This document shows positions 39,193-52,640 of a stretch of DNA of 64,000 bases, in pieces. The notes below the pieces were generated by a model. That model was not told the origin of the DNA and ran no database searches. It saw only the letters and a list, made by a program, of their open reading frames with translations. A program made the translations under genes and the position numbers. Positions within the stretch are counted from its first letter, which is position 1; every line of letters begins with the position of its first letter. Origin of the DNA: Leucoraja erinacea. Its lineage: Eukaryota. The DNA lies in contig NC_073403.1 of the NCBI RefSeq assembly GCF_028641065.1, positions 10,540,001 to 10,604,000 of the forward strand. Reading direction: 5' to 3'.

Positions 39193-40555
39193 TATCTGCA
39201 CATAACCCATATCCTTGCATATCTATATGCCTATTCCAAAGTCTTAAATGTCATCAACGCATCTGCTTCAACGACCAACCCTGGCAGCAAGTTCCAGGCA
39301 CTCACTTTCTTCACACATCTCCTTTAATCTTAGCCCCCCCTCATCTTAAAGCTATTCATTCTAGCATTTGATTTTTCCATCCCGAGAAAAATATTCTGCT
39401 TGTCTACCATTTCTCTGCCTGTCGCAATGTTGTATACTTCCATCAGGTCTCCCTGTAACCTCCGGCAGTCCAGAGAAAACAATCCAAGTTTGTCCAATCT
39501 AAAACCATCAATCCAGGCAGGCATCATGCTGGTAAAGCTCCTCTGTACCCTTTCCAAAGCCGCCACATCTTTCCTATAATGGGGTTTCCAAACTGCACAC
39601 AATACTCCAAAACGTCATTTGAACACTGAAGAGTACAAGTAATGTGAAACAGTTGATATTTTGCTCAAAAGCATGGCATTGATTGTTCATGGTTTGTGAA
39701 AAGCAACAAAAAGTGAAAAGGACAGTTCCAAGCTATTGCTTTGAAGTATCCTTCAAATCAATGATTGCTTTGTTGTTTGAATCTTTAATCCATTGCAATC
39801 ACAATTGCTACTAATGTCTGTTTAAAAATAAACTAAGTTATAAATCAAAAACACTGTATTACATAATGTTTCAACAAAGTGTAATAGCCTCCAGTTTTCA
39901 CATTCCATAATGAACCTAAATAAAATTTGAGTGGCCATTGTTTTGCGAATTAATCAGAAGTTGACAGTGTTCAATTGAGAATGTGGAGATGAAAGGAGGT
40001 GGTGTGTGGGAGATTTGATAAAGAAAAAAGCTAAAGGGCAGACAAAAATGCTGGAGAAACTCAGCGGGTGAGCAGCATCTATGGAGCGAAGGAAATGGGC
40101 AACGTTTCGGGTCGAGACCCTTCTTTAGACAAGGGCAAGAGTAAGGGCAAGTTAGTTTCAGAGACTGCTGACCTAAAAGGAGGGAAAGAGTGGGAGATTT
40201 GAAAAACATCCATTAGTTCCTGGGAGTGGACGCCTGCAATGGTGTACAAAAGGCAGATACCAGTAAAGTGGCTGTGATTGAAGACAGGTGCTGAAGCTTG
40301 GGCTCAAGACATTGGCGAGAATGCGGAAGGTAAGTCTTGTTAACCTTTCTTCTATGACCATGGTGCTGTCTGGATGTTCCTGCTGCAGAATGATGGAATT
40401 TCCATGATCCCTAGAGACTACACCTGTGGGAGACATGCAGCTGAACCTTTTGACTGACTGCATGAAGGAACTCGATGCACTCAGGCTCATCTGGGTGCTT
40501 GCTGATAGCAGAGATACTATTTTTATTGAGGTGGCCATACCCAATGCGAAGCTAA

Positions 40556-40764
40556 TGCCACTGTCTCACTTAGGAAACCCAAACGGAAACCTCTGGAGAC
40601 TTTGCGCCCCACCCAAGGTTTTCGTGCAGTTCCCGGAGGTTGCACGTGGTTACCGTAGGTTGCAGGTAGGGAGACTGACAAAAACCTCCGGGAACCACAC
40701 GGAAACCATGGGTGGGGCGCAAAGTCTCCAGAGGTTTCCGTTCAGGTTTAAGTGGGACAGGGCA
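40556..40764. mobile_element. MITE (~209 bp) with ~90-bp TIRs
   Basis: TGCCACTGTCTCACTT...AACGGAAACCTCTGGAGACTTTGCGCCCCACCCA is mirrored at the right end; flanked by (C)TAA on both sides (Harbinger/PIF-like). Confidence 0.8.
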
Positions 40765-42575
40765 CTAAGGTTACTGGCCGACCACCGGGAAAGGTAAAGG
40801 CAGTAGGCAGTAGGCAATAATCCGCTCTGGCCATTCCCCACAAAATCAAATATACCCTTTTGATACTTTCTTTATTGGGCGGAAAAGAGAAAGGGGAGAC
40901 TACTTCAGGAGAAAGTAAGTAACAACAGCAGCCAGGTCAGTTCCACCTAGACTGGCTCTGATGCTTAGCAGATAAAGGATGAAGTCAAACAGGGCTATAA
41001 TGATAAGGGACTCCATAATCAGAGGGATAGACAGGAAATTGCGGCTCCAATATGGTATTGCCTCCCTGGTGCCAGGGTTAAGGATGTCACTAAGTAGATG
41101 CAGAACATTCTAAAAGAGAGGGTGAGCAGCCTGAAATCTTGTGCATACTGGCACAAATGACATGGCTAGAAAAGGGATTGAGGTCCTGCAGAGTGAAGAT
41201 AGGCAAAGGGTTAAAAAAAAAAAAAAACCCAAGGGGCATAACCTCAACATTTCTCCCAATGTCACATGCTTGGGATGCTAAGAATTGGAGGATACGTCAA
41301 TGTACATGTGGGCCTGAAGAGTTAGTGCAGGGCTTCAGATTTGTGGACTATTGGGACTTCTTCTGGGGCAGATGTGACCTGCAGAAGAGGAATATGGTGC
41401 ATTGAAGTGGAGTGAGGCCAACATCCCACCAGGCAGATTTGCTATTGCTGCTAAAGAGGGCTTGAACTAAATTGACAGGAGGATGCTTTCCTAAACAAGA
41501 GGGAGGGAGAAGAGGAGAGGCAGGACGATCGTACAAAAGACAATGACAGTAATTTCAGTCGATGAGACAGGCAGGAGCATGTCAGGCAGCGAGGAAAGAT
41601 TTTTGGATTAAATTGCTTTATTTCATTGCCTGGAGGCTTGACAGGCAAGTCAAATGAACTCAAGATCATGGAGGTAAATACGAGGCTGGGATATTCTTGC
41701 CAATACAAAAACACGGGCAAGGGAGGGACAGGATTAGCAATTTAATATTCCAAGATACAAGTGGGATTGAGGTGGAGGAAAGAGGGGAGAGTTGCATTTC
41801 TGGTTGAGCATATTCATGTAGTAGTCAAATATGAAATGACTAAAGTTTCATTCATTGAGACTTTATGGGTGACGCTGAGTAAAAGGGGGATGGTAATTTG
41901 TTGGGATTGTACCATACGCACTCAAATAGTCAATGGAAATTAGAGAAACAAATGTGTAGTGTGTAGAGTGTTACTTGAATAATAGGGTTGTCACAGCAGG
42001 GGATTTTAACTTTCCTAATATAGATTGGGAACTGCCAGTGGATAGTATAAAATTTGGAAAGCGTGTGAAGGAAAGTTTCCTCGGGCAATATATAGAGGGC
42101 CTTACTGGGAAATAAGACAGAGCAAGTGACTGAGGCGTCAGTGAGAAGAGCACTTGGGGACCAGTGACCACAGTTCTGGTATTTTTAAAATAGTCATGAT
42201 AAAGTGCAGAACTTGTTCATGTTATATTTCTAAAATAGGGCAAGGTGAAATTTGATAGATTAGACAGTAGCTTGCAAAAATGCAATCCATGGAGTATAGT
42301 TCTGCAGTGTAAAATGAGAGCATGAGATAACTTTCAGCACAGCAAATTAAGAAAAACCCAGAGAGATTTTGAAAGTATAATAACATTAAAAACCAGGGAG
42401 ATGATAGGGTCCATCAAAGACTAAAGTGGGCACCTGTGTGTGGAGTTGTGGGAACTTGAAAGTTAACAGGATGTCTTCGGGAATCCAGTAAAGGAGACTG
42501 CTGTATGTCTTTCAGTGCCTTGTAACAGTATCTTTTGACTGTTGACTGTCCCACCGGGATAAATACACTTGCATC

Positions 42576-45500
42576 TGTAATGTATTCATACATACTCATG
42601 TATATGATAATGAGCTGGTGTTGTATATAAGCAGGGAATGTTGGGTAATAAATTCTCTCATAATCCAGGCAACCTGCGTGTAAGTTGTTATTCATTCTGC
42701 CGTCCGGAATATAACAAAATTGGCGACGAGGAGGGTGGGATAGAGTTTATGAACTCATCCTTTAAATACAGCGCTAAATAGAGTTGTGTGTCGCAGTTGT
42801 TTGCAAGCTGGACACGATAGGCCACAGATCCTTCTATACAGGGGACTGTAGTTTAAAACAGCAGCTGGACAAATCGTCAATACTTTGTCAGGCTCTCTAT
42901 GTTGTGTCTACGTGGCAAGATGCCGTCCTTGGGATTGTATCAGATTTTTTTTTGTCGAAATCATCAAGCTGAATAGACTTTGTACAGCTAAGTTTTAGGT
43001 GAATTGTTACACCAGAACAGACAGGAATTCAGGGTTTGTGAATGGACTTCAACAAAAGGAGAATGACACGATGGCAGCATCCACGGGCTACATCAGAAAC
43101 CTTGGCACTTTTGAGAAGAGAGCCGTTCAGCTCCTATATGGAGAGAGCGAACATGTATTTCATGGCAAACAACATAATGGAGGTTCGTGAAGGAGAGATG
43201 GTGACTGAAACAAATCAGGCAGTTCGCAAACGCATGAAAGCGATTCTGCTCATGGAGATCAGTCCTGAAGTGTACGGCGCACTCCTGAATCTCCTTGCGC
43301 CCATGAGCGCCAAAGTGCCAATCAATTACATTATGGAGAAGCACTTTAACCCAAAGCCTCTGGAAATTGCAGAAAGCTATAAACCCAGCACTAGAAATCA
43401 GAAGCAGAATGAGACAATCAATGAGTACATTGTAGCCTTGAAAAACTTAACTTTGCATTGTAATTTTGGAACCTTTTTCGGACGAGCACAACGCGACAGA
43501 TTTGTTTGTGGTCAAGTGGATGAACAAATTCAGTCCAAATGCCCTATGTGAATCTCCAGATTTTAGAGAAATCCAGAGAAAGCATGCAAGATTGCTACCA
43601 CAATGAAGATGACATCAAAGAATGCTCGCGGGTTTTGTCCATCACGGACTGCAGGGGCCGGTTACAGTCACAAGGCAGTGCCTATGGCCAAACCAAGAGG
43701 TGCTAAACCAAAATCAAAGTATGGCGGGGAGCCAAGTTCCGCCAGTTGTTATCGTTGCAACGGTAATCACTCATCCCAATTTTGTCAGTTCAAAATGGCT
43801 AAGTGCTATAATTGCCAGAAGAAAGGCCATATCGCCTCAGCATGTCGGGTCATGCTTAAAACAGGAAACCAACAATCTGCGGGAATCAAGCGACAACACC
43901 AGCGAGGAGTTCACAACTTGGAGATGAACCCAGGTGGAAATGAACTTGGGTTGTACACCATTTATGCAACCAACATCGATAAGCCTACAACCAGCCAAGG
44001 CAAAGACTTGCGAACTAAACTATTGATAAATGAACAGTTAATCGATATGTGTATTGGCACAGCAGCAGATTGTTCGGTCATGAGCAAAGACCTGTACGAA
44101 ACAAAGTTCCCACAGATACCATTGTTTGAGAGTAAGGTCAAGCTGAGAACCTACTTGGGCGAAGTTTTGGAGACATGTGGACAAATGAACTGTAAAGTTC
44201 AGCATAACAGTCAGTCAGTAACACTGCCCATCATCGTGGCCAGCTACAGAAATAAACCAACCCTCCTTGGAAAGGATTGGCTGAGTATAATAGACTGGAA
44301 GAACATTTTCAGCGTCGATTTGTCCAAATCACGTCTTGAAAAAGTCATAAGCAAACATTTTTGCTGACAGTTACACGGGAATAACAGAGTACTCTACACA
44401 CATTCAACTTAAGCAAGATGTGAGACCTGTGTATTGTCGACCAAGACCTGTATCATATGCACTAAATAAACAAGTGGAGGAAGAACTCGACAGATTAGAA
44501 CGGAATGGAGTACTCGTGAAGCCAGACCAGAGTAACTGGGCAACAGCAATTGTGGCCGTACCCAAGGCCGACAAAGCTGTTCCGACTATATGGTGACTAC
44601 AAAGTCACAATCAACCAAGCCGTTGATGACGAACAATATCCGTTATCTACCTCGCAAGATAGGCAAGCAGAACTTAGCGGAGCAAGAGTCTTCACTAAAC
44701 TGGATTTGTCTCACGCTTACGCCCAACTCAATGACAACAAGGTAAGTCAGGAGTACTTGACTATCAACACACATAGAGCTTGTATTCATATACAAAGCTA
44801 CCCTATGGTGTGAAATCCTCCCCGAAAAATTTCCAGTTTGTCATGGACAAAATGTTACAAGGCATTCCGCACTGTGTGCAACCAGGATGACCTACTGATA
44901 TTCACAGAGGGCATCGTAGAATATCTGGAAATCCTTGAGCAAGTTCTCACATGACTGAACTGCCACAATATCAAACTGCGACAAAGTAAATGTGCATTTG
45001 CATAGAGGTGGTCTACCTTGGACTCAAAGTAGATGCCAACAGACTTCGCCCTGTGAAGGTGAAAGTGGAAGCAATAGTGAATGCTCCAAAACCCAACAAT
45101 GTGTCAGATCTACGATCATTCCTTGGGATGGTGCAGTTCTATGCACGATTCCTTCCAGTTCCTGCCACTACTTCATCTGCTACAAAGAGATGTGAAATGG
45201 ACGTGGGGAAAGGAACAGCAACGTGCATATGACATCTGAAAGGAAAACTTGACAAGTGACAAACTCCTTGTTCACTACTATACGACACACGAGATGAAAC
45301 TTGCTTGTGATGCTTCAAGTTATGGTGCAGGTGCAGTGATCTCCCACGTAATGAATGACGGACAGGAAAAGCCTAATGCTTTTGCATCCCGCACCCTATC
45401 ACCGAGTGAACGCAATTATGCAGATAGAAAAGGAAGCACTCAGCATCGTGTTTGGAATCAAGAAATTCCATCAGTTATTTCTCGGCAGACCATTCATCCT

Positions 45501-47488
45501 AGTGACTGATCACAAGCCACTACTAGTGATACTTGGTCCCAAGTCAGCTATACCTTCCATGGCGGCATCGAGGATGCAGCGCTGGGCAATTTTGCTGTCC
45601 CAGTTTGACTATAACGTTGAGTACAGAAGCTCCAAGTGCAACAGTTGCAGGTGCCTTGTCCCCATGAGAACTCTGACGTGGGAAGTGAGAACTCCATCTA
45701 CACACTGCAAGTTGTAGATGAATACTTTCCAGTGACTGCAACAGAAATTGCAGCAGAAACAAAGAAAGACACTGTGCTAAAGTGGGTCTATGAACAGACA
45801 TTGAATGTTTGGACTGAAATTGATAGTGGATTAAACTCAGTTCTGAATTCAGAGCTGAAGCCTTTCCATAATCAACGCCATGAATTATCATGTGAGCAGG
45901 GATGCATTAAGTGGGGTTACAGAGTGCTTGTACCAGAGTCTTTGAGAAACAAAATTATGAATGAACTTCATGGCATAGTAAGCATGAAGTCAATTGCCAG
46001 AAGTTTTGTGTATTGGCCTGATATTGAGTGAAATCGAGTCACTGGTGAGCAAATGTAGAGCCTGCCAAAATTGCCAGGGTAAACCACCATTGCAACCCTG
46101 GTCATGGCCATGTAGACCTTTTCAGAGAGTTCATGTAGATTTTTGTGAAAAAGGTAATGATCACTTTCCGGTACTAGTAGATAGTCATTCCAAATGGATT
46201 GAGGTTAAGCATATGGGGTCAAGCACTACTACTGAGTGTAGCATAGACGAGTTGAGATCAATTTTTACATGCCATGGTGTATTGGAAGAACTTGTTTCTG
46301 ATAACAGGTCTCAGTTTCCTTCAGAACGGTTCAAATAGTTCATGCAGCGGAATGGTGTAAAACACACACTTGTTCCCCCATACCATCCAGCCTCCAACTG
46401 GGCAGCGGAAGGGTCTGTTAGAGTTGTCAAACATGCTCTCAAGAAACAGGTTTTGCAGGGTAGTTCAAAGCTCAGCATGAAACATCGTTTGGCTAGTTTC
46501 TTGCTGAAGTACAGAACCACACAACAGGTTTCTCACCCACAGAACTGTAGATGAAGAGAAGGCTAAGAATACGCCCAAGTCTAGTTCAACCCAATTTGGC
46601 CTTGAGAGTTGAGCAAAAACCGTTGTCAAAAACCCATTTTGACTCCCACAAAAAGGAGAGGTACTTCAAGCCAGATGAGCAGGTACTTGTACTCAGTCCT
46701 CCCAACAAGTCCAGTCGAGACAAATGGGATGTTGGGAAAATTGTAGAAGTGTGTGGAACAAAAAGATAGTCAATTGAAATTGGAGATAGGACCAAAAGTG
46801 TTCATGTTGATCAAATGATTCCAGCCAAAGATGAACCAAAAACTGAGCATGAAGTCCTAATCCCTGAGTTTTCATTTGAAAGCGAGTTGGAAGAGACCAC
46901 TGTGATTGAAACACAAAGTTCAGTTAGTACAGACAAAGAAACAGATTCCTCTGGTCCAAGTCAGGGTACTAAATTAGAGCCAAGCAAGCCAACAGTTGAG
47001 TCAACACCTAAACCTGTTACACCTGTTACTGTTAGACGATCAGGCAGGATCCGTAAACCAGTCTGAAGAAGGGTTTCGGCCCGAAACGTTGCCTATTTCC
47101 TTCGCTCCATAGATGCTGCTGCACCCGCTGAGTTTCTCCAGCTTTTCTGTGTAACCTCCGTAAACCAGTAGTTAGGTTTGTAAGTTAAGTAACTCACTGC
47201 ATAAGTAAAATGAAAATGTGTAGATATGTAAAATAAATATTATGTTTATCATTTAAGATTTCATAAGTACTGGTTTAAATAGAGTATCACAACAACAAAA
47301 TTGTAACTGAGTACTTAGATTTAATACTTAAAAAAAGGAGCGCAGTGTAATGTATTCATGCATATTCATGATATATGTTAATGAGTTGGTGTTGTCTATA
47401 AGCAGGGAATGTTGGGTAATAAATCTCTTTCGTGATCCAGGCATCCTGTGTGTAAGTTGTTATTCATTCTGCCGTCCGGAATATAACA
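42576..47488 (+). mobile_element. Ty3/Gypsy LTR retrotransposon, full-length but degenerate
   Basis: LTRs 42576-42716 and 47346-47488 (TGT...ACA); 5-bp TSD GCATC; PBS TGGCGACGAGGA (42721-42732, tRNA-Ser-like); purine tract before the 3' LTR; gag CCHC knuckles, then PR, RT (LDLSHAYAQL), RNase H (LACDAS), integrase (RVHVDF, VSDN, PYHPASN). Confidence 0.95.
47063..47156 (+). mobile_element. Penelope-like short insertion with hammerhead-like motif, nested in Gypsy
   Basis: Core CTGAAGAAGGGTTTCGGCCCGAAACGTT at 47063-47090; 13-bp TSD TCCGTAAACCAGT at 47050-47062 and 47157-47169. Confidence 0.75.
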
Positions 47489-48179
47489 GCATCGTATCAT
47501 CTTCAAGCTTATGAAGGTAAGTAAATCTCAGTGGCCCCGATCTGGTATACCCCAGATCACTGTGGGCAGTTAGTAGAAATACCAGGAGCCGTGGTTGAGA
47601 TATATACATTAGCCACAAACATGTAACTGGAAGTCTGGAGGATGGCTAATGTTACATTTTAAAGGGCTGTAAAAGAAAATGTTGGAATTATAGACTCAAC
47701 TGTGGTAGGCAAGGCACTAGAATAGTCAACATGATTTTGCGCATGGAAGATCAGGAAAGGTGTCATTAAGTTACAAAGCGCACAGAAAAGATTTGAGCAT
47801 TTTGTCACAACTTAATGGAGTTATAGGGGCAAGTGGGTCAATCTAGTGCTTTATTCCTTGGATCATACAAGACCGAGGGATGATATTTTGGAGGTACACA
47901 TGGGGCATAAAAAAAGTAAATTTACAGACTTTTTGCTAGGAATAGGAAACTAGAAGCTCTAGATGGGAAAGATTTAATAGGAATCTGAGGGGAAACTTTT
48001 TCCCCCACAAGGGTGGTACATAAATGCAACAAACTGCCAGAGGAAATGAGTGACGTAGGTGGAATAACTGCATTTAAAATGGACTAATAAATGCACAGGA
48101 AAGGTTTAGTGATATGGGTCAAACATGGGCAAATGGTACCAGCTTAAAGGGGCATCTTGGTCAGCATGTTTCTGTTTTA

Positions 48180-48478
48180 GTTTAGTATATGGTTACAGTG
48201 CAGAAACAAGATCTTCAGCCCACATCGACTAGCGATCCCTGCACACTTGCACTATCCTACACACAGACGAGGGACAATTTACAATTATACCAAGCCAATT
48301 TGCCTACAAACCTGTACGTCTTTGGAGTGCAGGAGGAAACTGGAGATCCTGGAGAAAACCCTCACAGGTCACAGGGAGAACATTCAAACTTTGTACAGAC
48401 AGCATCTGTAGTCAGAATCGAACACAGGTGTCTGGTACTGTAAGGCAGCAACTCTACCGCTGTGGCACTGTGCTGCCA
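48180..48478 (-). mobile_element. tRNA-derived SINE
   Basis: Minus-strand ggcagcacagtgccacagcggtagagttgctgcc head with a B box, a SINE body and a (TAAAC)-type tail. Confidence 0.65.
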
Positions 48479-48801
48479 TTTCTTGGTAATGGTTTTAAAA
48501 AGCTTTGGCTAATGACAAATCCCTATTGTGTTGTGACTTATGTCACTGCCAATCACCAATGGAGGATCAAAGCAGAATCGTTTAAGAGCATGTCTTTCAT
48601 TGCCAGTATAGCAATTTCTTCGGTATGAGATTCATGAGGGGGGGGGGGGGGGGGGGGGGGGGGGAGGGCAGTGCAGAGCCAGTATAGCAATTTCTTCGGT
48701 ATGAGATTATTTTCTTCGTGTGTAATGTATGGTGCAGAAACGGCATTTCATTTGGACCTCCAGGGGTCCAAATGACAATTAAATAGACTATTGACTATTG
48801 A

Positions 48802-50518
48802 GATATTGAACAGTTTCTTTTCTTCGGTATTCACCAAGGAGAAGGATATTGAATTATGTGAGGTAAGGGAAACAAGTAGAGTAGCTATGGAAACTATGAG
48901 GATCAAAGAAGAGGAAGTACTGACACTTTTGAGAAATATAAAAGTGGATAAGTCTCCAGGTCCGGACAGGATATTCCCTAGGACATTGAGGGAAGTTAGT
49001 GTAGAAATAGCAGGGGCTATGGCAGAAATATTTCAAATGTCATTAGAAACGGGAATAGTGCCCGGAGGATTGGCGTACTGCGCATGTTGTTCCATTGTTT
49101 AAAAAGGGGTCTAAGAGTAAACCTAGCAATTATAGACCTGTTAGTTTGACGTCAGTGGTGGGCAAATTAATGGAAAGAATACTTAGAGATAATATATATA
49201 AGCATCTGGATAAACAGGGTCTGATTAGGAACAGTCAACATGGATTTGTGCCTGGAAGGTCATGTTTAACTAATCTTCTTGAATTTTTTGAATATGTTAC
49301 TCGGGAAATTGGTGAGGGTAAAGCAGTGAATGTTGTGTATATGGACTTCAGTAAGGCCTTTGACAAGGTTCCTCATGGAAGGTTGGTTAAGAAGGTTCAA
49401 TGGTTGGGTATTAATGGTGGAGTAGCAAGATGGATTCAACAGTGGCTGAATGGGAGATGCCAGAGAGTAATGGTGGATGGTTGTTTGTCAGGTTGGAGGC
49501 CAGTGACGAGTGGGGTGCCACAGGGATCTGTGTTGGGTCCATTGTTGTTTGTCATGTACATCAATGATCTGGATGATGGTGTGGTAAATTGGATTAGTAA
49601 GTATGCAGATGATACTAAGATAGGTGGGGTTGCGGGTAATGAAGTAGAGTTTCAAAGTCTACAGAGAGATTTATGCCAGTTGGAAGAGTGGGCTGAAAGA
49701 TGGCAGATGGAGTTTAATGCTGATAAGTGTGAGGTGCTACATCTTGGCAGGACAAATCAAAATAGGACGTACATGGTAAATGGTAGGGAATTGAAGAATG
49801 TAGGTGAACAGAGGGATCTGGGAATAACTGTGCACAGTTCCCTGAAAGTGGAATCTCATGTAGATAGGGTGGTAAAGAAAGCTTTTGGTGTGCTGGCCTT
49901 TATAAATCAGAGCATTGAGTATAGAAGTTGGGATGTAATGTTAAAATTGTACAAGGCATTGGTGAGGCCAATTCTGGAGTATGGTGTACAATTTTGGTCG
50001 CCTAATTATAGGAAGGATGTCAACAAAAATAGAGAGAGTACAGAGGAGATTTACTAGAATGTTGCCTGGGTTTCAGCAACTAAGTTACAGAGAAAGGTTG
50101 AACAAGTTAGGGCTTTATTCTTTGGAGCGCAGAAGGTTAAGGGGGGGGACTTGATAGAGGTTTTTAAAATGATGAGAGGGATAGACAGAGTTGACGTGGA
50201 AAAGCTTTTCCCACTGAGAGTAGGGAAGATTCAAACAAGGGGACATGACTTGAGAATTAAGGGACTGAAGTTTAGGGGTAACACGAGGGGGAACTTCTTT
50301 ACTCAGAGAGTGGTAGCTGTGTGGAATGAGCTTCCAGTGAAGGTGGTGGAGGCAGGTTCGTTTTTATCATTTAAAAATAAATTGGATAGTTATATGGATG
50401 GGAAGGGAATGCAGGGTTATGGTCTGAGCACAGGTATATGGGACAAGGGGAGATTATGTGTTCGGCACGGACTAGAAGGGTCGAGATGGCCTGTTTCCGT
50501 GCTGTAATTGTTATATGG
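48802..50518 (+). mobile_element. Young CR1 LINE, 5'-truncated, RT nearly intact
   Basis: 320-aa ORF 49095-50057 with complete RT motifs plus frameshifted flanking ORFs; 3' tail ...gtgctgtaattgttatatgg. Confidence 0.93.
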
Positions 50519-52257
50519 AAACTGATGTGTAAAAAAATTAAGATGGTTTGAAAATATTCTCAAAAGATATAGCTGTGATTTATTCCGTAAGTGCTTGTTG
50601 AAAATCCACAGTGCATTGTTTTTAGCGCATCAGGCTACAGCATTGTCAATGAATGACTACATTGCTAATTTGAACAATTAAATTTCTTACAAAACATCTG
50701 TTTGCAGACTGTTCAACAAGTCTAGGGCTGTTTGATAGATGGTTTTACTCTTTCTTTTGCGTTGCAACACGAAGGCAGGGTAGAGGTAGATGATAAAAGA
50801 ATGTTGTTCAACAGGCCGAGTCAAATATCAATTTGAGTCTCCAAACACCAAATTATAAAAATGTACCTTCAGCTCTATTTGAATCCTGGGCCAATCTGAT
50901 CTAAATAAAATCTCAGCAATATGCTGCAAGTCATCACCCCATATGGGAGTGGAATGCTGCATGTGGCAATGTGAAGAAAAAGTGCACACACAGTAGAAAA
51001 GACAAACAAGGGTCCCTCGTTTCTCATCACTATTCAGACGCTGCCCGAACTGCATGATACAACCTCCTCATACCTGAAGCAGCTTCCAGATTCATAACAC
51101 CTCAACCCCATGTGAAAGTCTTACACAGAGGCTTATGTCAAATACTTTATCATACGAAGATGGTATGCAGAGGAAAATCAAAAGCTATACTAAAAAGCTA
51201 TTCAAATCGTGAAGAATGGAAAGCGTACTTTAATCGGTATTACTGCCAAGATTGCTCTTCCAATGCATTACTAACCATGATAATTCCCCTTGGACACATA
51301 TTATAACAATTCAAATCTGAAATTCTGATACAGGTAACAGCAATATATAAATATCTGACACTGGATAGCAAGACAATTGCCCAGTGGGAGAAAACAACCA
51401 ACTTACAATGTCTTTACATAGAAGGAGCCCTTATCTCCCCAACATCAAACTACTCCTGACCACTTTCATCATAATCACATTAAATTTGGTGTTTCAATAT
51501 AATGATTACCTAGTCCAAGAGTACCACATGCAACACCATGAAAGCCAAATACTGTTCTAACCTTTAACTGTACAGCCTGTTCTGGGTTATTGCAGAGTTC
51601 CATACTGGTGAACTGTTTGTAACCCAAACAGTTCTCAAGTTGGAAATGCAGACAGGAATGCCTACAACCCCACAACGGCTGTCAAATCCTTTCCACCAGT
51701 TTCACAAATGCTCATTCTAATGCATGGGTTGTTCATAAGTTATCAGAAGCTGGAAGGACCTGTAGTGATTAGTGTTTCCAAGCATTCAATCAAATACAAA
51801 CTTTTACAGTATTTTCACACTATTTCCCCTAAAATGATTACTAATCCTATTAAAAATTAGTACGTAAAAATGCTTAAATTAGCCAACTGCCATTAACGAA
51901 TTAAGTTTAAATGGGGTTTAAGAAATTGGAAAAACAGTCAACTGATTAATGGTACATGTTTCATTGATTATAATAAAGTAGTTCATAAACAGCACCAGCT
52001 ATCACATTTTAAACACCTTTGGCAGAATGCTCCAAGCTGACCAGAAACCAAATTACTACTACAATCTTTCTCCAATGCCAAAGCTAACTTTGGAGAAACC
52101 TACCCAAATGAATAGTTAATGTTTCAGATTAGATGTAAGCATACTATTAGTCAGCTTTCAACTAAAATAGTACTATATTGAAAAAAGTGCATGTTGGCTT
52201 TGGTTGAAGCTGTAAAGGTTTTTTACGAGAATAGTTCTAGGAATGAGAGATTCCAAG

Positions 52258-52640
52258 CTGACCTCCCGGTGGCTCAGCACTTCAACTCCCCCTCTCACTC
52301 CGTCTCCGACCTCTCTGTCCTGGGTCTCCTCCATGGCCACATCGAGCAGCATCGGAAATTGGAGGAACAGCACCTCATATTCCGTTTGGGGAGTCTGCAT
52401 CCTGGGGGCATGAACATCGAATTCTCCCAATTTTGTTAGTCCTTGCTGTCTCCTCCCCTTCCTCAGTCCCCCTGCTGTCTCCTCCCATCCCCCAGCCTTC
52501 GGGCTCCTCCTCCTTTTGCCTTTCTTGTCCCCGCCCACGATCAGTCTGAAGAAGGGTTTTGGCCCGAAACGTTGCCTATTTCCTTCGCTCCATAGATGCT
52601 GCTGCACCCGCTGAGTTTCTCCAGCTTTTTTGTGTACCTT
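52258..52640 (+). mobile_element. Penelope-like element 3' part (GIY-YIG C-terminus, 3' UTR, hammerhead-like motif)
   Basis: DLPVAQHFNSPSHSVSDLSVLGLLH...RKLEEQHLIFRLGSLHPGGMNIEF, typical of the PLE endonuclease end, continuous with a pyrimidine-rich UTR and the core at 52546-52573. Confidence 0.8.

Larger units (their letters stand above)
40130..48170 (+). mobile_element. Old fragmented CR1 LINE (ORF1 esterase and ORF2 remnants) hosting a MITE and a Gypsy element
   Basis: CLPGARVKDV (41058) and GFRFVDYWDFFWGR (SGNH-type ORF1), AGDFNFPNIDW (42000); RT and 3' remnants resume after 47493. Boundaries are approximate. Confidence 0.6.
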
